Shown: positions 1-9,042 of the stretch, piece by piece
Position numbering within the stretch: the stretch's first letter is position 1
How the letters are laid out: the number at the start of each line of letters is the position of its first letter
Assembly (NCBI GenBank): GCA_963812925.1
Contig: CAWEXF010000013.1
Span: 92,565-156,564 of the forward strand
Direction: 5' to 3'
DNA length: 64,000 nucleotides
DNA from: an uncultured Pseudomonadota bacterium
GTDB taxonomy: Bacteria > Pseudomonadota > Gammaproteobacteria > Steroidobacterales > Steroidobacteraceae
Notes under the pieces: generated by a model
Seen by the model: the letters and a program-made list of their open reading frames with translations, nothing else
Databases searched by the model: none
What the model was told of the DNA's origin: nothing
Program-made: the position numbers and the translations under genes

Positions 1-543
1 CATGAAGGATTGGGCGCGTGACGTGAGTTGCTCGAAGCGGTCGACGAGGGACGAAAGGGTGAGGTGCAGTTTGGCGTCGTCGGGAAGCTCGTTCGCAACG
101 AGGGGTAGCAGAGCATCGAGCAACTCGAGGATGTCGTGGAGGGCGGTCGTTTGCAGTTCGCCGGGGCGGTGCAAGTATTCATCGAAGAGGGTGAGGGCCT
201 GTTCGGCCGCCTCGCCTGCGGCACTCAGCTGATATAGGCGGCGCTTGCGGTAAAACTCCTCGACGGAGGCGGCTTCAGCGGTGTCGGGTGAATCATCGAG
301 GTTTCCCCAGTCGCACAGTTGGCGCAGGGCTGCATCGACTTCGTCGGGGGGAAGGGCAGGCCCGGATGTTGTCGCCAGCGCCGCCTGTATCTCTGACGGC
401 CGGAGCGCGAGTGCGAAGCGGGCCCGCTCAGCCACGAAGGCACGGAGAATGGCGCGATAAAGCGGAGATTTCTCGGCGTTCAGGTGGGCGAAGACCGCGT
501 ATGTCCCGTCCGATCCGTGAAGGAAGGCTGTTTCCGACGTCAT
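1..543 (-). CDS. TIGR02677/DUF2397-like protein, N-terminal 181 codons (gene continues beyond the left edge); JetA-position component of a Wadjet-like SMC cassette
   Basis: Read by hand on the minus strand. It is not in the ORF track because no stop lies inside the window. ATG at 543-541 is followed by 181 sense codons down to position 1: MTSETAFLHGSDGTYAVFAHLNAEKSPLYRAILRAFVAERARFALALRPSEIQ...LRQLCDWGNL...VEEFYRKRRLYQLSAAGE. The F-x-HL-x-AE...LYRAI, WGNL and YQLS pattern matches my recollection of the TIGR02677 family. Confidence 0.55.
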   Translation of the reverse strand, partial: MTSETAFLHGSDGTYAVFAHLNAEKSPLYRAILRAFVAERARFALALRPSEIQAALATTSGPALPPDEVDAALRQLCDWGNLDDSPDTAEAASVEEFYRKRRLYQLSAAGEAAEQALTLFDEYLHRPGELQTTALHDILELLDALLPLVANELPDDAKLHLTLSSLVDRFEQLTSRAQSFM

Positions 544-593
544 AGGGATGTCACTTTGAGCGGCAAGTGCATGGCGCGTGGGACGGCAATTGC

Positions 594-2036
594 CTACCCA
601 TAAAGCTCATCCAGGGTGTGGATCCGGACGTTTTCGGGCCGTTTCTTCCGGCCGTCCCTGAGCGACCGAACGAATAGATGTCGGCCGACGGTGGAGTCTG
701 CTGCGCTCGGGTAATGCCGGACCTTCTCTTCTAACTCGGCTGCCGCAGACGTCAGGGATTTGACAGTGCCCCATTTGCACTCGCCGAGATCAACCCAGCC
801 GTCCCGCCGTAGTCCTACAACGTCAATCTGTACCTGCGAATTCCAATACGAGCCCACCTCGTACAGGCTCGAGACATCTTCCTTCTCGTAGAGCGATGGC
901 AGGGCTTCCCGACACAACGACTCGTAACACAGCCCAAAATACGCCTCGAGTTTCGGTTGAATGAGTTGCGTGACGGCGCGGTGCGCACCGACTTGAGCGA
1001 TCAGACTGGTATGCGGATAAATGAAGCGAAACCAGAATCGCAGAAAAGGATCGAGCAGACGATAGCGCACGTCGCGTACTTTCGGCCGCTGCGAGGTCAG
1101 CGGAAAGTGCTTGTCGATGTATCCCAAGCTTGCCAATTGATCGAGATAATAGTGCAGGCTACGATCACCGATGCCGGCTTGGCGAGCGATGTCGCGGCTG
1201 GGCAGTGCGCCGCCTGCCAGCGCCATCAGGATCATGTAGTACTTCTCGACCTCGCGAAGTTCCTCGCGCAACAGAAAGTCCGGCTCGCGGTAAAGTGCCG
1301 CCTGCTCGCCGATGATCACGTGCTCGATGTTCTGCAGTACTGAACGTCCGGATTCGAAGTAGCGTAAATACAGCGGTATGCCGCCGCAGATGAAATAAGT
1401 CGTGGCCCGCTGTACGAGCGACGCATGCGGATGAAAAAGGGCGGCATCCCGATAGCCGAAGGGCTTGAGAAAAATCTGACCGGTCCGCCGCCCATATAGC
1501 GGGCTCTTCTTGCCCAAGACTTCCCTCTCCATGAAACCGATATATGAGCCGCAGAGGATCAGGAACATGCGTCCACTCTTCGACCAGCTCCTGTCCCAGA
1601 GCTCCTGCAGCACCGAAGGAAGTTCGGGACTCTTTTCGACGAGCCACTGGAACTCGTCGAATACCAGGATGAGTTTGTCCTTTTTTTCCCAACGCTGGAC
1701 CACCGCCTCGATAGTCTTTTTCCAGCTCTCCACAGGCATGGAGGCGAGCAGAGGCTCTTCGAGAAAGACTGCGGCCCCTTCAAGGAATTCGCGCATCATC
1801 TGGTCGGCAGGTGCGCGCTTGCCGACCAAGTAGAGTGTGGGATGATTCTTGCCAAATTGCAGGATCAGCTCGCTTTTACCGACGCGGCGACGACCGTAGA
1901 TCGGCCAGAAGGCGCTGCCTGACCCCTGGTAGGCGGACTGCAGTCCGGCCAGCTCTTTCTCGCGCGCGATAAAGGGAAAATCTTCGTGTGGGGAACGCAT
2001 GGTGCGCAGCCTATTCACCGAGGCAGGACTCGTCAA
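594..2036 (-). CDS. AAA+ ATPase (Arch_ATPase/ATPase_2-type) with winged-helix region and C-terminal DUF234 nuclease-like domain
   Basis: 480-aa ORF. Walker A is GRRRVGKSELI and Walker B is LILVFDEFQ. The C-terminal QIDVVGL...VDLGECKWG resembles a DUF234/PD-(D/E)xK-like motif. Many A/T-ending codons compared with neighbouring genes. The ORF begins at TTG 2036; an ATG at 2000 (MRSPHEDFPFIAREKEL) may be the true start. Confidence 0.8.
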   Translation of the reverse strand: MTSPASVNRLRTMRSPHEDFPFIAREKELAGLQSAYQGSGSAFWPIYGRRRVGKSELILQFGKNHPTLYLVGKRAPADQMMREFLEGAAVFLEEPLLASMPVESWKKTIEAVVQRWEKKDKLILVFDEFQWLVEKSPELPSVLQELWDRSWSKSGRMFLILCGSYIGFMEREVLGKKSPLYGRRTGQIFLKPFGYRDAALFHPHASLVQRATTYFICGGIPLYLRYFESGRSVLQNIEHVIIGEQAALYREPDFLLREELREVEKYYMILMALAGGALPSRDIARQAGIGDRSLHYYLDQLASLGYIDKHFPLTSQRPKVRDVRYRLLDPFLRFWFRFIYPHTSLIAQVGAHRAVTQLIQPKLEAYFGLCYESLCREALPSLYEKEDVSSLYEVGSYWNSQVQIDVVGLRRDGWVDLGECKWGTVKSLTSAAAELEEKVRHYPSAADSTVGRHLFVRSLRDGRKKRPENVRIHTLDELYG

Positions 2037-2404
2037 GTCATGACTCGGTGACCTCTCCCGAAGGCGCGGACCCGACGCTTGCGCCCCGAACTTAGTCGAT
2101 CGCGATCATGGGTTTGCGTATGGACCATGCGGCCAATTTTGAGTAGCCTTTCCCACCCTCGCCCCTGCTCGCTCTCAAGTGCCGACGGCCTCCTAGTTCC
2201 GGTGGGAACCGCCAAGGGCTTCGAGGTTTTTGGGGATATCACGGGCGGCATGCAGAGGCAAGGTCCGCGAGAAGTCCCTTTATTTCAGTAACTTAACAGG
2301 GCTTATCCAGTCCCGTCCGCTCCGCCATTCATTCCCCGCCGACCCCGGTCCGCAGTCCGCGGCGCGGATTTGCTATTCTTACAAATTAGCCAGCGCTGTC
2401 GATC

Positions 2405-4306
2405 ATGCTGCAGAAAATCACCGATACCATCGAGAGGCACAAGTGGCTGTCGTACAGCGTTCTGGGTGCGCTCGCGCTCGTCTTTGCCGCCTGGGGCGCC
2501 TATGGCCTCGTCAACCTGAACGTCAGCACTTCGAGCTTTGCGGCCGAGGCCAATGGCCAGACGATCTCGCTGGACGAGGCGCATAGCGTCTGGCTTCGCC
2601 AGCAATCTCAGTTGCAGCAGCAGTTCGGCGGCACTATTCCGGCCGCCGTGCAGAAGACCTACCAGGACCAGGTGCTGGAGGGGCTGATCAGCGATGCCTT
2701 GATGTCGCAGCGCTCGGACAAGCTCGGCTACCGGGTGAGCCAGTCCGAGCTCGTCGGGGCCATTCGCAACGAGGCCGCCTTCCAGATCGCCGGGCAATAC
2801 TCCTCCGACGTCGCGCGCGAGGTCCTGGAGGAGAATCACCTGACCCTCGACCAATACGAGGATCAGAAGCGCGCCGATCTGCGGCGGCTGCAGCTGCTGG
2901 ATGGCATCGTCGCCTCGGATTTCGTGACGCCGGCGGAGAGCGCCCGCGCGCAGGCGCTGCGTGACGAGGAGCGCGAGATTCAATACGCCATTCTTCCCGC
3001 CGCCGGCTACAAGAGTGACGCGCCGATCGACCAGGCTGCCATCGACGCCTACTACAAAGCGCATCAGGCCGATTACCGCGTGCCGGAATCGGTGGATCTG
3101 CAGTACGCGCAGCTGACTCTCGAGCAGGTCGCGAGCACCGAGGCGGTGTCCGATTCCGACCTGCAGGCGGCCTACGACAAGCAAAAGTCCAGTTTCGTCC
3201 TGCCGGAGCGGCGCGAGGCGAGCCACATCCTGATCCCCTTCGGCAAAGATCCGGCTGCCGCCCTGAAGCAGGCCAACCAGGTGCTCGCGCTGGCCAAGTC
3301 GGGACAGAGTTTCGCCGCGCTCGCGAAGAAGTACTCGCAGGACCCCGGCTCCGCCCAGAACGGCGGCAGCCTCGGCTGGATCGACCGCGCCGGCTTCGTC
3401 GCGCCGTTCGCGGACGCGCTCTTCAGCATCAAGACGGTGGGTGACATCGTCGGGCCGGTGAAGACCCAGTACGGCTATCACATCATCCGCCTCGACGGCA
3501 TCCAGCCCGGCCGCACCAAGACTCTGGCCGAGGCGCGCCCGCAGCTGCAGGCGCAAATCCAGCAGAGCGAGGCCACCAACCGCTTCGGTGACATCGAGGA
3601 TCAGCTCCAGGACGGTCTGCAGAGCCCGGGCGCGAGTCTCCCCGGCCTGGCGAAGCAATTCAACCTGACGACCGGCGAAGTGCCGCAGTTCCTGCGGGAC
3701 GCCGGTGCCGCGCCGCTCGGCCAGGCGAAGCCGCTGCAGAGTCAGGTCTTCGGCAGCGGCGCCGTTGCGGACCAGACCCTCGCGGGGCCGGTGATCCTCG
3801 ACAACGACAAGATGGTGATCTTCGAGGTGACCGCCCGTCACCCCTCGCACATCAAGCCGCTTGCGGACGTCCGCGATAACATCATCGCGGCCCTACAGAA
3901 GCAGCGTGAGCAGGCCGCTGCGCTCGCTGCTGCGAAAGCTGCGCGCGCCCAGCTGCTGTCAGGCTCTTCGTTCGACCAGGTCGCCAAGAGCCTCAATGTC
4001 ACCGCCGATCCGCCCAAGTTCATCGGCCGCGGCGATCCGTCGGTCCCGGCGGAAATCCTCGCCGTGGCGTTCGATTCGACGAAGCCCGTCCATGGTCCGG
4101 TGTACGAGGCCGTGAGCCTGCAGAACGGCGGCGCCGCGCTGGTCGCGGTCACTCAGATCCGCGCCACCCAGCAAACCAACAAATACCTGGAGCAGGCCCT
4201 GGCGGAGGAGGAGCTGCAGCGCAGCGGCAATGCCGAGGCAATGGGCTATCTCGCCGAGCTGCGCGCGACCGCGAAGGTTCGCAAGAATCCCGACGCCTTC
4301 CAGTAG
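2405..4306 (+). CDS. ppiD: Periplasmic chaperone / peptidyl-prolyl isomerase PpiD
   Basis: 633 aa. N-terminal membrane anchor (WLSYSVLGALALVFAAWGAYG), a SurA-N-like region and a parvulin PPIase core (ASHILIPF...GGSLGWI...GYHIIRL). Confidence 0.9.
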   Translation: MLQKITDTIERHKWLSYSVLGALALVFAAWGAYGLVNLNVSTSSFAAEANGQTISLDEAHSVWLRQQSQLQQQFGGTIPAAVQKTYQDQVLEGLISDALMSQRSDKLGYRVSQSELVGAIRNEAAFQIAGQYSSDVAREVLEENHLTLDQYEDQKRADLRRLQLLDGIVASDFVTPAESARAQALRDEEREIQYAILPAAGYKSDAPIDQAAIDAYYKAHQADYRVPESVDLQYAQLTLEQVASTEAVSDSDLQAAYDKQKSSFVLPERREASHILIPFGKDPAAALKQANQVLALAKSGQSFAALAKKYSQDPGSAQNGGSLGWIDRAGFVAPFADALFSIKTVGDIVGPVKTQYGYHIIRLDGIQPGRTKTLAEARPQLQAQIQQSEATNRFGDIEDQLQDGLQSPGASLPGLAKQFNLTTGEVPQFLRDAGAAPLGQAKPLQSQVFGSGAVADQTLAGPVILDNDKMVIFEVTARHPSHIKPLADVRDNIIAALQKQREQAAALAAAKAARAQLLSGSSFDQVAKSLNVTADPPKFIGRGDPSVPAEILAVAFDSTKPVHGPVYEAVSLQNGGAALVAVTQIRATQQTNKYLEQALAEEELQRSGNAEAMGYLAELRATAKVRKNPDAFQ

Positions 4307-4307
4307 C

Positions 4308-4328
4308 GGAGCCTGGCGGGCAGGCTTC
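4308..4328. terminator. Short GC hairpin exactly between the convergent ppiD and fabI stop codons (candidate bidirectional terminator)
   Basis: AGCCTG (4310-4315) pairs with CAGGCT (4321-4326) around a 5-nt loop. The stem extends by G-C and G-U pairs. No clear U-tract. Confidence 0.3.
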
Positions 4329-5126
4329 TCAGCTCTCCGCTTCCTGCGGAAAGCTCATCCCCACGGTGTTGAATCCGCTGTCCACGTAGAGGATCTCACC
4401 GGTGATCCCGGCGGCGAGGTCGGAGCAGAGGAACGCGGCGGCATTGCCGACGTCCTGCTGGGTGACGTTGCGTCGCAGCGGGGCTACCTCCGCAACCCGG
4501 CTCAGCATCTTGCGAAAGCCCGTGATGCCCGCCGCGGCGAGTGTCTTGATCGGGCCGGCGGAGATGGCATTGACCCGTATCCCCTGAGGACCCAGGTCGT
4601 AGGCCAGGAAGCGAACGTTGGCCTCGAGGCTCGCCTTGGCGAGACCCATGACGTTGTAGCTCGGGATGGCGCGGACGGCGCCGAGATATGACAGCGTGAG
4701 CAGCGCGCCTGATCGGCCCGCCATCAGCGGCGCGGCGCGGCGGGCAAGGGCGGTGAAGCTGTAGCTGGAAACGTCGTGCGCGATCCGAAAGGCGTCGCGG
4801 CTGGTGCTCTCGGCGAACCCGCCGGCGAGGGCTTCACGCGGCGCGTATGCCACGGCGTGGACCACGACATCGAGGCTGCCCCACTCACGCTTCAGGAGAT
4901 CGAAAGCCGCGTCGATCTCGGCGTCGACCGTCACATCGAGCGGCATCGTGAGACGGGAGCCGAGCGATTCAGCCAGGGGCTCGACGCGCTCCTTCATCTT
5001 GTCGTTGACGTAGGAGAAGGCGAGCTCGGCGCCTTCGCGATGCATCGCCTGCGCGATGCCCCATGCGATCGAGCGGTCGGTCGCGACACCGACGATGAAC
5101 GCGCGCTTGCCTGAGAGAAATCCCAT
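4329..5126 (-). CDS. fabI: Enoyl-[acyl-carrier-protein] reductase (NADH) FabI
   Basis: 265 aa, [39 protein letters not shown]..., with SDR fold and the typical FabI N-terminus and length. Confidence 0.95.
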   Translation of the reverse strand: MGFLSGKRAFIVGVATDRSIAWGIAQAMHREGAELAFSYVNDKMKERVEPLAESLGSRLTMPLDVTVDAEIDAAFDLLKREWGSLDVVVHAVAYAPREALAGGFAESTSRDAFRIAHDVSSYSFTALARRAAPLMAGRSGALLTLSYLGAVRAIPSYNVMGLAKASLEANVRFLAYDLGPQGIRVNAISAGPIKTLAAAGITGFRKMLSRVAEVAPLRRNVTQQDVGNAAAFLCSDLAAGITGEILYVDSGFNTVGMSFPQEAES

Positions 5127-5196
5127 GCCGGAGCCTGCGGATGGTGAGGAGGCCGGCAGTTTAGACGAATCAGGTCAGGCCGTCCGTGGCGGATAC

Positions 5197-6837
5197 TTAC
5201 CCTCCGGACGCCACCCGAATCGTGAGCTTCTGACCTGCCAGGATGTGGCGCGATCCCATACCGTTCCAGGCCTCAATCTGCGCCACCCGCACCTGGAAGA
5301 GCCTCGCGATCCGCCACAGCGTATCGCCGGAGCGGACGGTGTAGATCACGCGGCGCGCACTGCCTTCCGGATGGTAAGAGGCTTCGTAGTAGTGCGAATG
5401 GCGGCGGTGATGCCCGTAGTAGCGCGCCGCGGCGGGTGCGCTCGCCACCAGGCGCAGCCGCTGTCCCGGGTGCAGCGTCTGGCCGGGTGAGAGGCCATTC
5501 AGCCGTGCGAGTGTATGGACGTTCATGCGGTTCCGCCGCGCAATCGCCCACAGGGAATCCCCGCGGCGCACCACCTGGAAGCGGAAATGACGGGTCCAAC
5601 GCCAGCGGCCATCGACCCGCTCCGCGGCCAGCTTCACGTTCTCCGGCAGGGCGTAAACGGTGGCAGGGACCTCGAGCTCCATGCCCACCGTGAGGCGTCC
5701 CGCAGGCAGCGTGTTGAGCTTGCGGAGAATCTCGGCAGTCGTCTTGAATTGCCTGGCCACCGAGTACACGGTGTCATGCCGCCTGACTTCGTAATGCTCT
5801 ATCCCCATGCGCTCGTCGGGCGTGAGGTCGGCGACGTTCTGCTCGAACACCGGCGCGGCATCGACCGGTATCAGCAGGTAGAAAGGTCCGGTAGGGTCCG
5901 TGGCCCAGCGATGGAAGGCGGGATTGAGGTCGTAAACCTCATCGGCGGTGATCCCGGCGATCTGCGCGGCGACCTGCATATTGATCTGACCCTGGGTCAT
6001 CACGCGCGCGAAGTACGGCTGGTTGGGGATCGCGGTGAAGACGAGCCCGTATTTCCCGGGATCGTCGACCAGGCGCTTCATGGCGAGGAGCTTGGGCACG
6101 TAGGCCTCGGTCTCCCGCGGCAGGCGCAGGTGCCAGAAATCGATCGGGCGTCCCTCGGATTGATTCACCTGCACGGCGTGCTGAACGGCGATCTCGCCGC
6201 AGTTGTAAGCGGCGACGGCGAGCAGCCAGTCACCGTTGAACTCGTCATGCAGGGCCTGCAGGTAATCGAGCGCGGCGTTCGTGGAGGCGACGACATCGCG
6301 GCGGCCGTCATACCACCAGTCCTGCTTCAGGCCGAAGCGCGAGCCCGTGCCGGGAATGAACTGCCAGAGACCCGCGGCGCTTGCCCGCGAATAGGCATAG
6401 GGCTGAAACGCGCTCTCGATGACCGGCAGCAGGGCGAGCTCGGCCGGCATGTGCCGCGCCTCGAGCTGCGTGACGATGTAGTAGAGGTACATGTCGGCGC
6501 GCCCGAACGCGCGCTGCAGGTAATCGGGGTTGGACGCGTACCAGTCGAGCTGCTGGTCGATCGGGGTTTCGTCGGGATCGGGCAGAACGAAGCCGCCGCG
6601 AATGCGGGCGAAGAGGTCGGCGTACTGCACGGGGACCGGGCCGGCGGCCTGCTGCGGTGCCGGCGCCGCCGGCGGAGGCGGCGGAGTGGCGGCAGGCGCG
6701 GGAGCGGCGGCGGGCGGCGGCACGACCGCCTGCACCGGCTGGCTGGGCAGCGGCGGGCGGGTCGCGCAGGCGGCAAGCGCCGTGAGCGCAGCAATCAGCA
6801 GCGCATTACGAATGGCTCGAAACGTTTCCGTCGGCAA
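5197..6837 (-). CDS. mltD: Membrane-bound lytic murein transglycosylase D-like lipoprotein with three C-terminal LysM domains
   Basis: 546 aa. Lipobox LTALAAC, a Pro/Ala-rich linker, an SLT catalytic region (ESAFQPYAYSRASAAGLWQF) and three LysM repeats (e.g. YTVRSGDTLWRIARLF). TTG start. Confidence 0.9.
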   Translation of the reverse strand: MPTETFRAIRNALLIAALTALAACATRPPLPSQPVQAVVPPPAAAPAPAATPPPPPAAPAPQQAAGPVPVQYADLFARIRGGFVLPDPDETPIDQQLDWYASNPDYLQRAFGRADMYLYYIVTQLEARHMPAELALLPVIESAFQPYAYSRASAAGLWQFIPGTGSRFGLKQDWWYDGRRDVVASTNAALDYLQALHDEFNGDWLLAVAAYNCGEIAVQHAVQVNQSEGRPIDFWHLRLPRETEAYVPKLLAMKRLVDDPGKYGLVFTAIPNQPYFARVMTQGQINMQVAAQIAGITADEVYDLNPAFHRWATDPTGPFYLLIPVDAAPVFEQNVADLTPDERMGIEHYEVRRHDTVYSVARQFKTTAEILRKLNTLPAGRLTVGMELEVPATVYALPENVKLAAERVDGRWRWTRHFRFQVVRRGDSLWAIARRNRMNVHTLARLNGLSPGQTLHPGQRLRLVASAPAAARYYGHHRRHSHYYEASYHPEGSARRVIYTVRSGDTLWRIARLFQVRVAQIEAWNGMGSRHILAGQKLTIRVASGG

Positions 6838-7001
6838 GTTCCCGACCCTCTGGAAGGCGTGTTAACTTCTTGTGGCACTGGAGTGCGATTCCCGGGGCGC
6901 TCGCACTCACGCAAGCGGGTCTCAGGGAGCTCCGTCTTTCCGACCTTACTGGGTCGGAGGACGAAATTTAACCGGTAACTTCACACTATTACCAGTACTT
7001 C

Positions 7002-7757
7002 GTGGCAGCCGCGCACAAATCGCAATTCCAGGAGCCGTACGCCGCGCGTCACGCGTGGTGGGCGAGCCCGCTTGGCAGTGCGCTCATCGCCGCGGAATCG
7101 CAGCTTCTCGGCGAGGCGCTCGAGGATGTGTTTGGCTGGGAATTACTGCAGATCGGCGCCTGGGGCTCGGGCAAGGAGTTGTTGTCCGGCGCGCGCACGC
7201 GCCATCAGGCCATCCTCGCTCCGCCGGGCCTGTCGTCTAGCGCCGACATCCGCGGGCGGCCCACCCAGCTGCCGATCGTCAGCGATTCGATCGATGCGGT
7301 CCTGCTGCCGCACATCCTCGAGTTCGCCACCGATCCCTACGCTATCGTGCGCGAGGCGGATCGCGTGCTCGTCGGCGAGGGGCGGCTGCTGGTGCTCGGG
7401 TTTCGGCCATGGAGCCTCTGGGGATTGCGCGCGCGCTGGAGCCGGAGCGGCTTCCCGCCGGGCACGCGCCGCGTGCTCTCCGAAAGAAGGATCCGCGAGT
7501 GGCTGGTGCTGCTCGGATATGAAGTAGTGTCCGCGCAGCATTATTTGTACCGGGGGTCCTGGGGCGGCGGGCTCGCAGCGGGGGAGGGGACGGCCCGGAT
7601 GCTGCGGCGCGGACTCACCTATCCGCTGCCCGCCAACGCCTACCTGCTCAAGGCGCGCAAGCGCGTCTATACCCTGACGCCCATCCGGCCGCGATTCCGC
7701 GAGCGTCCCGCGGTGCTCGGCGGGCTCATCAAACCTTCGCCGCGCCAGCGCGCCTGA
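7002..7757 (+). CDS. Class I SAM-dependent methyltransferase-like protein (YafS-like position between mltD and rnhA)
   Basis: 251-aa ORF with GC-rich codon usage. Call rests on synteny with the enterobacterial mltD-gloB-yafS-rnhA-dnaQ region and a weak methyltransferase-like core. GTG start is uncertain. Confidence 0.55.
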   Translation: MAAAHKSQFQEPYAARHAWWASPLGSALIAAESQLLGEALEDVFGWELLQIGAWGSGKELLSGARTRHQAILAPPGLSSSADIRGRPTQLPIVSDSIDAVLLPHILEFATDPYAIVREADRVLVGEGRLLVLGFRPWSLWGLRARWSRSGFPPGTRRVLSERRIREWLVLLGYEVVSAQHYLYRGSWGGGLAAGEGTARMLRRGLTYPLPANAYLLKARKRVYTLTPIRPRFRERPAVLGGLIKPSPRQRA

Positions 7758-7770
7758 GGTCGTAGAGCGC

Positions 7771-8235
7771 TTGAATACAAACGTCGCAGGAACCGCGAGT
7801 GTGGTCGATATTTATACTGACGGCGCCTGCCGCGGCAATCCGGGTCCGGGCGGCTGGGGGGCGTTGCTGAATTTCGCCGGCCGCGAGAGGGAGCTGGCGG
7901 GCGCGGAGGCGCTGACGACCAACAATCGCATGGAGCTCACGGCCGTCATCCGTGCGCTCGAAGCGTTGAAGCGTCCAGTGCGGGTGCGCGTCTTTACCGA
8001 CTCGGAGTACGTGCGGCGCGGCATCACGGAGTGGGTGCACGCCTGGAAGGCTCGGGGCTGGCTCACCGCCGACCGCAAGCCGGTGAAGAACCAGGATCTC
8101 TGGCAGCGGCTCGATGCGCTCGCTGCCGGGCACGAGATCGAGTGGCACTGGGTGCCGGGTCACGCGGGCGTGCCCGGCAACGAGCGGGTCGACCGCCTCG
8201 CCAATGAGGCCATAGATGCAATGGCGCCCAAATAG
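7771..8235 (+). CDS. rnhA: Ribonuclease HI
   Basis: [22 protein letters not shown]...[17 protein letters not shown]...TDSEYV...[20 protein letters not shown]. The start (TTG 7771 or GTG 7801) is uncertain. Confidence 0.95.
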   Translation: MNTNVAGTASVVDIYTDGACRGNPGPGGWGALLNFAGRERELAGAEALTTNNRMELTAVIRALEALKRPVRVRVFTDSEYVRRGITEWVHAWKARGWLTADRKPVKNQDLWQRLDALAAGHEIEWHWVPGHAGVPGNERVDRLANEAIDAMAPK

Positions 8236-8301
8236 CCCGGCGCGCTGGGCCGGACACGAGTCCGGATCCAGCGCTTCAAAAAATACTGATAGACTTTTAG
8301 C

Positions 8302-9042
8302 ATGCGACAGATCGTTCTCGATACCGAGACCACCGGCCTCGAGCCGGCACTCGGACACAGGATCATCGAGATTGGCTGCGTCGAGCTGGTCAACCGGCGA
8401 GTGACGGGCCGCAATTTCCATCGCTACTTGAATCCGGAGCGTGACATCGACCTGGGCGCGGAGGCGGTCCACGGGCTGCAGCGTCAGGACCTCGCGCGCC
8501 AGCCGCGGTTCGTGGAAGTGGCGGACGACCTCCTCGAGTTCATCGGCGGCTCGGAGCTCGTGATCCACAACGCGGAGTTCGACATCGCCTTCCTCGATGC
8601 GGAGCTGCGCCGCGCCGAGCGCACCACCGTGATGAGTGAGCTCTGCCGGGTCCTCGACACGCTGGTGCTCGCACGGGAGATGCATCCCGGGCAGCGCAAC
8701 AACCTGGATGCGCTCTGCAAGCGTTACAACGTCGACAACTCGCGCCGCGAGCTGCACGGCGCGCTGCTGGATGCGCGCATTCTGGCGGACGTCTATCTCG
8801 CGATGACGGGCGGCCAGGGGGCGCTGGCACTCACGGAGAGCGTCTCGAGAGCCACCGTCCTCGGCGCGGGTCAGATCCGTGCCCTCGTGCGGCCGCCCGC
8901 GCCTCTTCGGGTCATCGCCGCCACGGAGCAGGAGCTGCGCGCCCACCGGGAGATGCTGGCGCTCATCGCCAAGACCTGTGGCGGGCGCTGCCTGTGGCCC
9001 AGCGCCGGGGAAGATCCGGTTCCTGAAGCGAATCGCGCCTGA
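8302..9042 (+). CDS. dnaQ: DNA polymerase III epsilon subunit (3'-5' proofreading exonuclease)
   Basis: MRQIVLDTETTGLEP (Exo I), VIHNAEFDIAFL (Exo II) and HGALLDARILADVYLAM (Exo III). Confidence 0.95.
   Translation: MRQIVLDTETTGLEPALGHRIIEIGCVELVNRRVTGRNFHRYLNPERDIDLGAEAVHGLQRQDLARQPRFVEVADDLLEFIGGSELVIHNAEFDIAFLDAELRRAERTTVMSELCRVLDTLVLAREMHPGQRNNLDALCKRYNVDNSRRELHGALLDARILADVYLAMTGGQGALALTESVSRATVLGAGQIRALVRPPAPLRVIAATEQELRAHREMLALIAKTCGGRCLWPSAGEDPVPEANRA

Noticed and set aside
6650-6730. GC-rich GGC/GCC-repeat-looking DNA that could be a tandem repeat
   Set aside because: It is the in-frame coding sequence for the Pro/Ala-rich linker (PPPAAAPAPAATPPPPPAAPAP) of the MltD-like lipoprotein, not an independent repeat element.
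6873-6886. Sigma-54-like TGGCAC...TGC element in the mltD/methyltransferase intergenic region
   Set aside because: The GG-to-GC spacing is one nucleotide shorter than the -24/-12 consensus, and the -12 element reads GTGC rather than TTGC.
8245-8262. CCGGAC-acga-GTCCGG hairpin after rnhA as a terminator
   Set aside because: The stem is only 6 bp and it is followed by an A-run rather than a U-tract on the sense strand. The evidence is insufficient.
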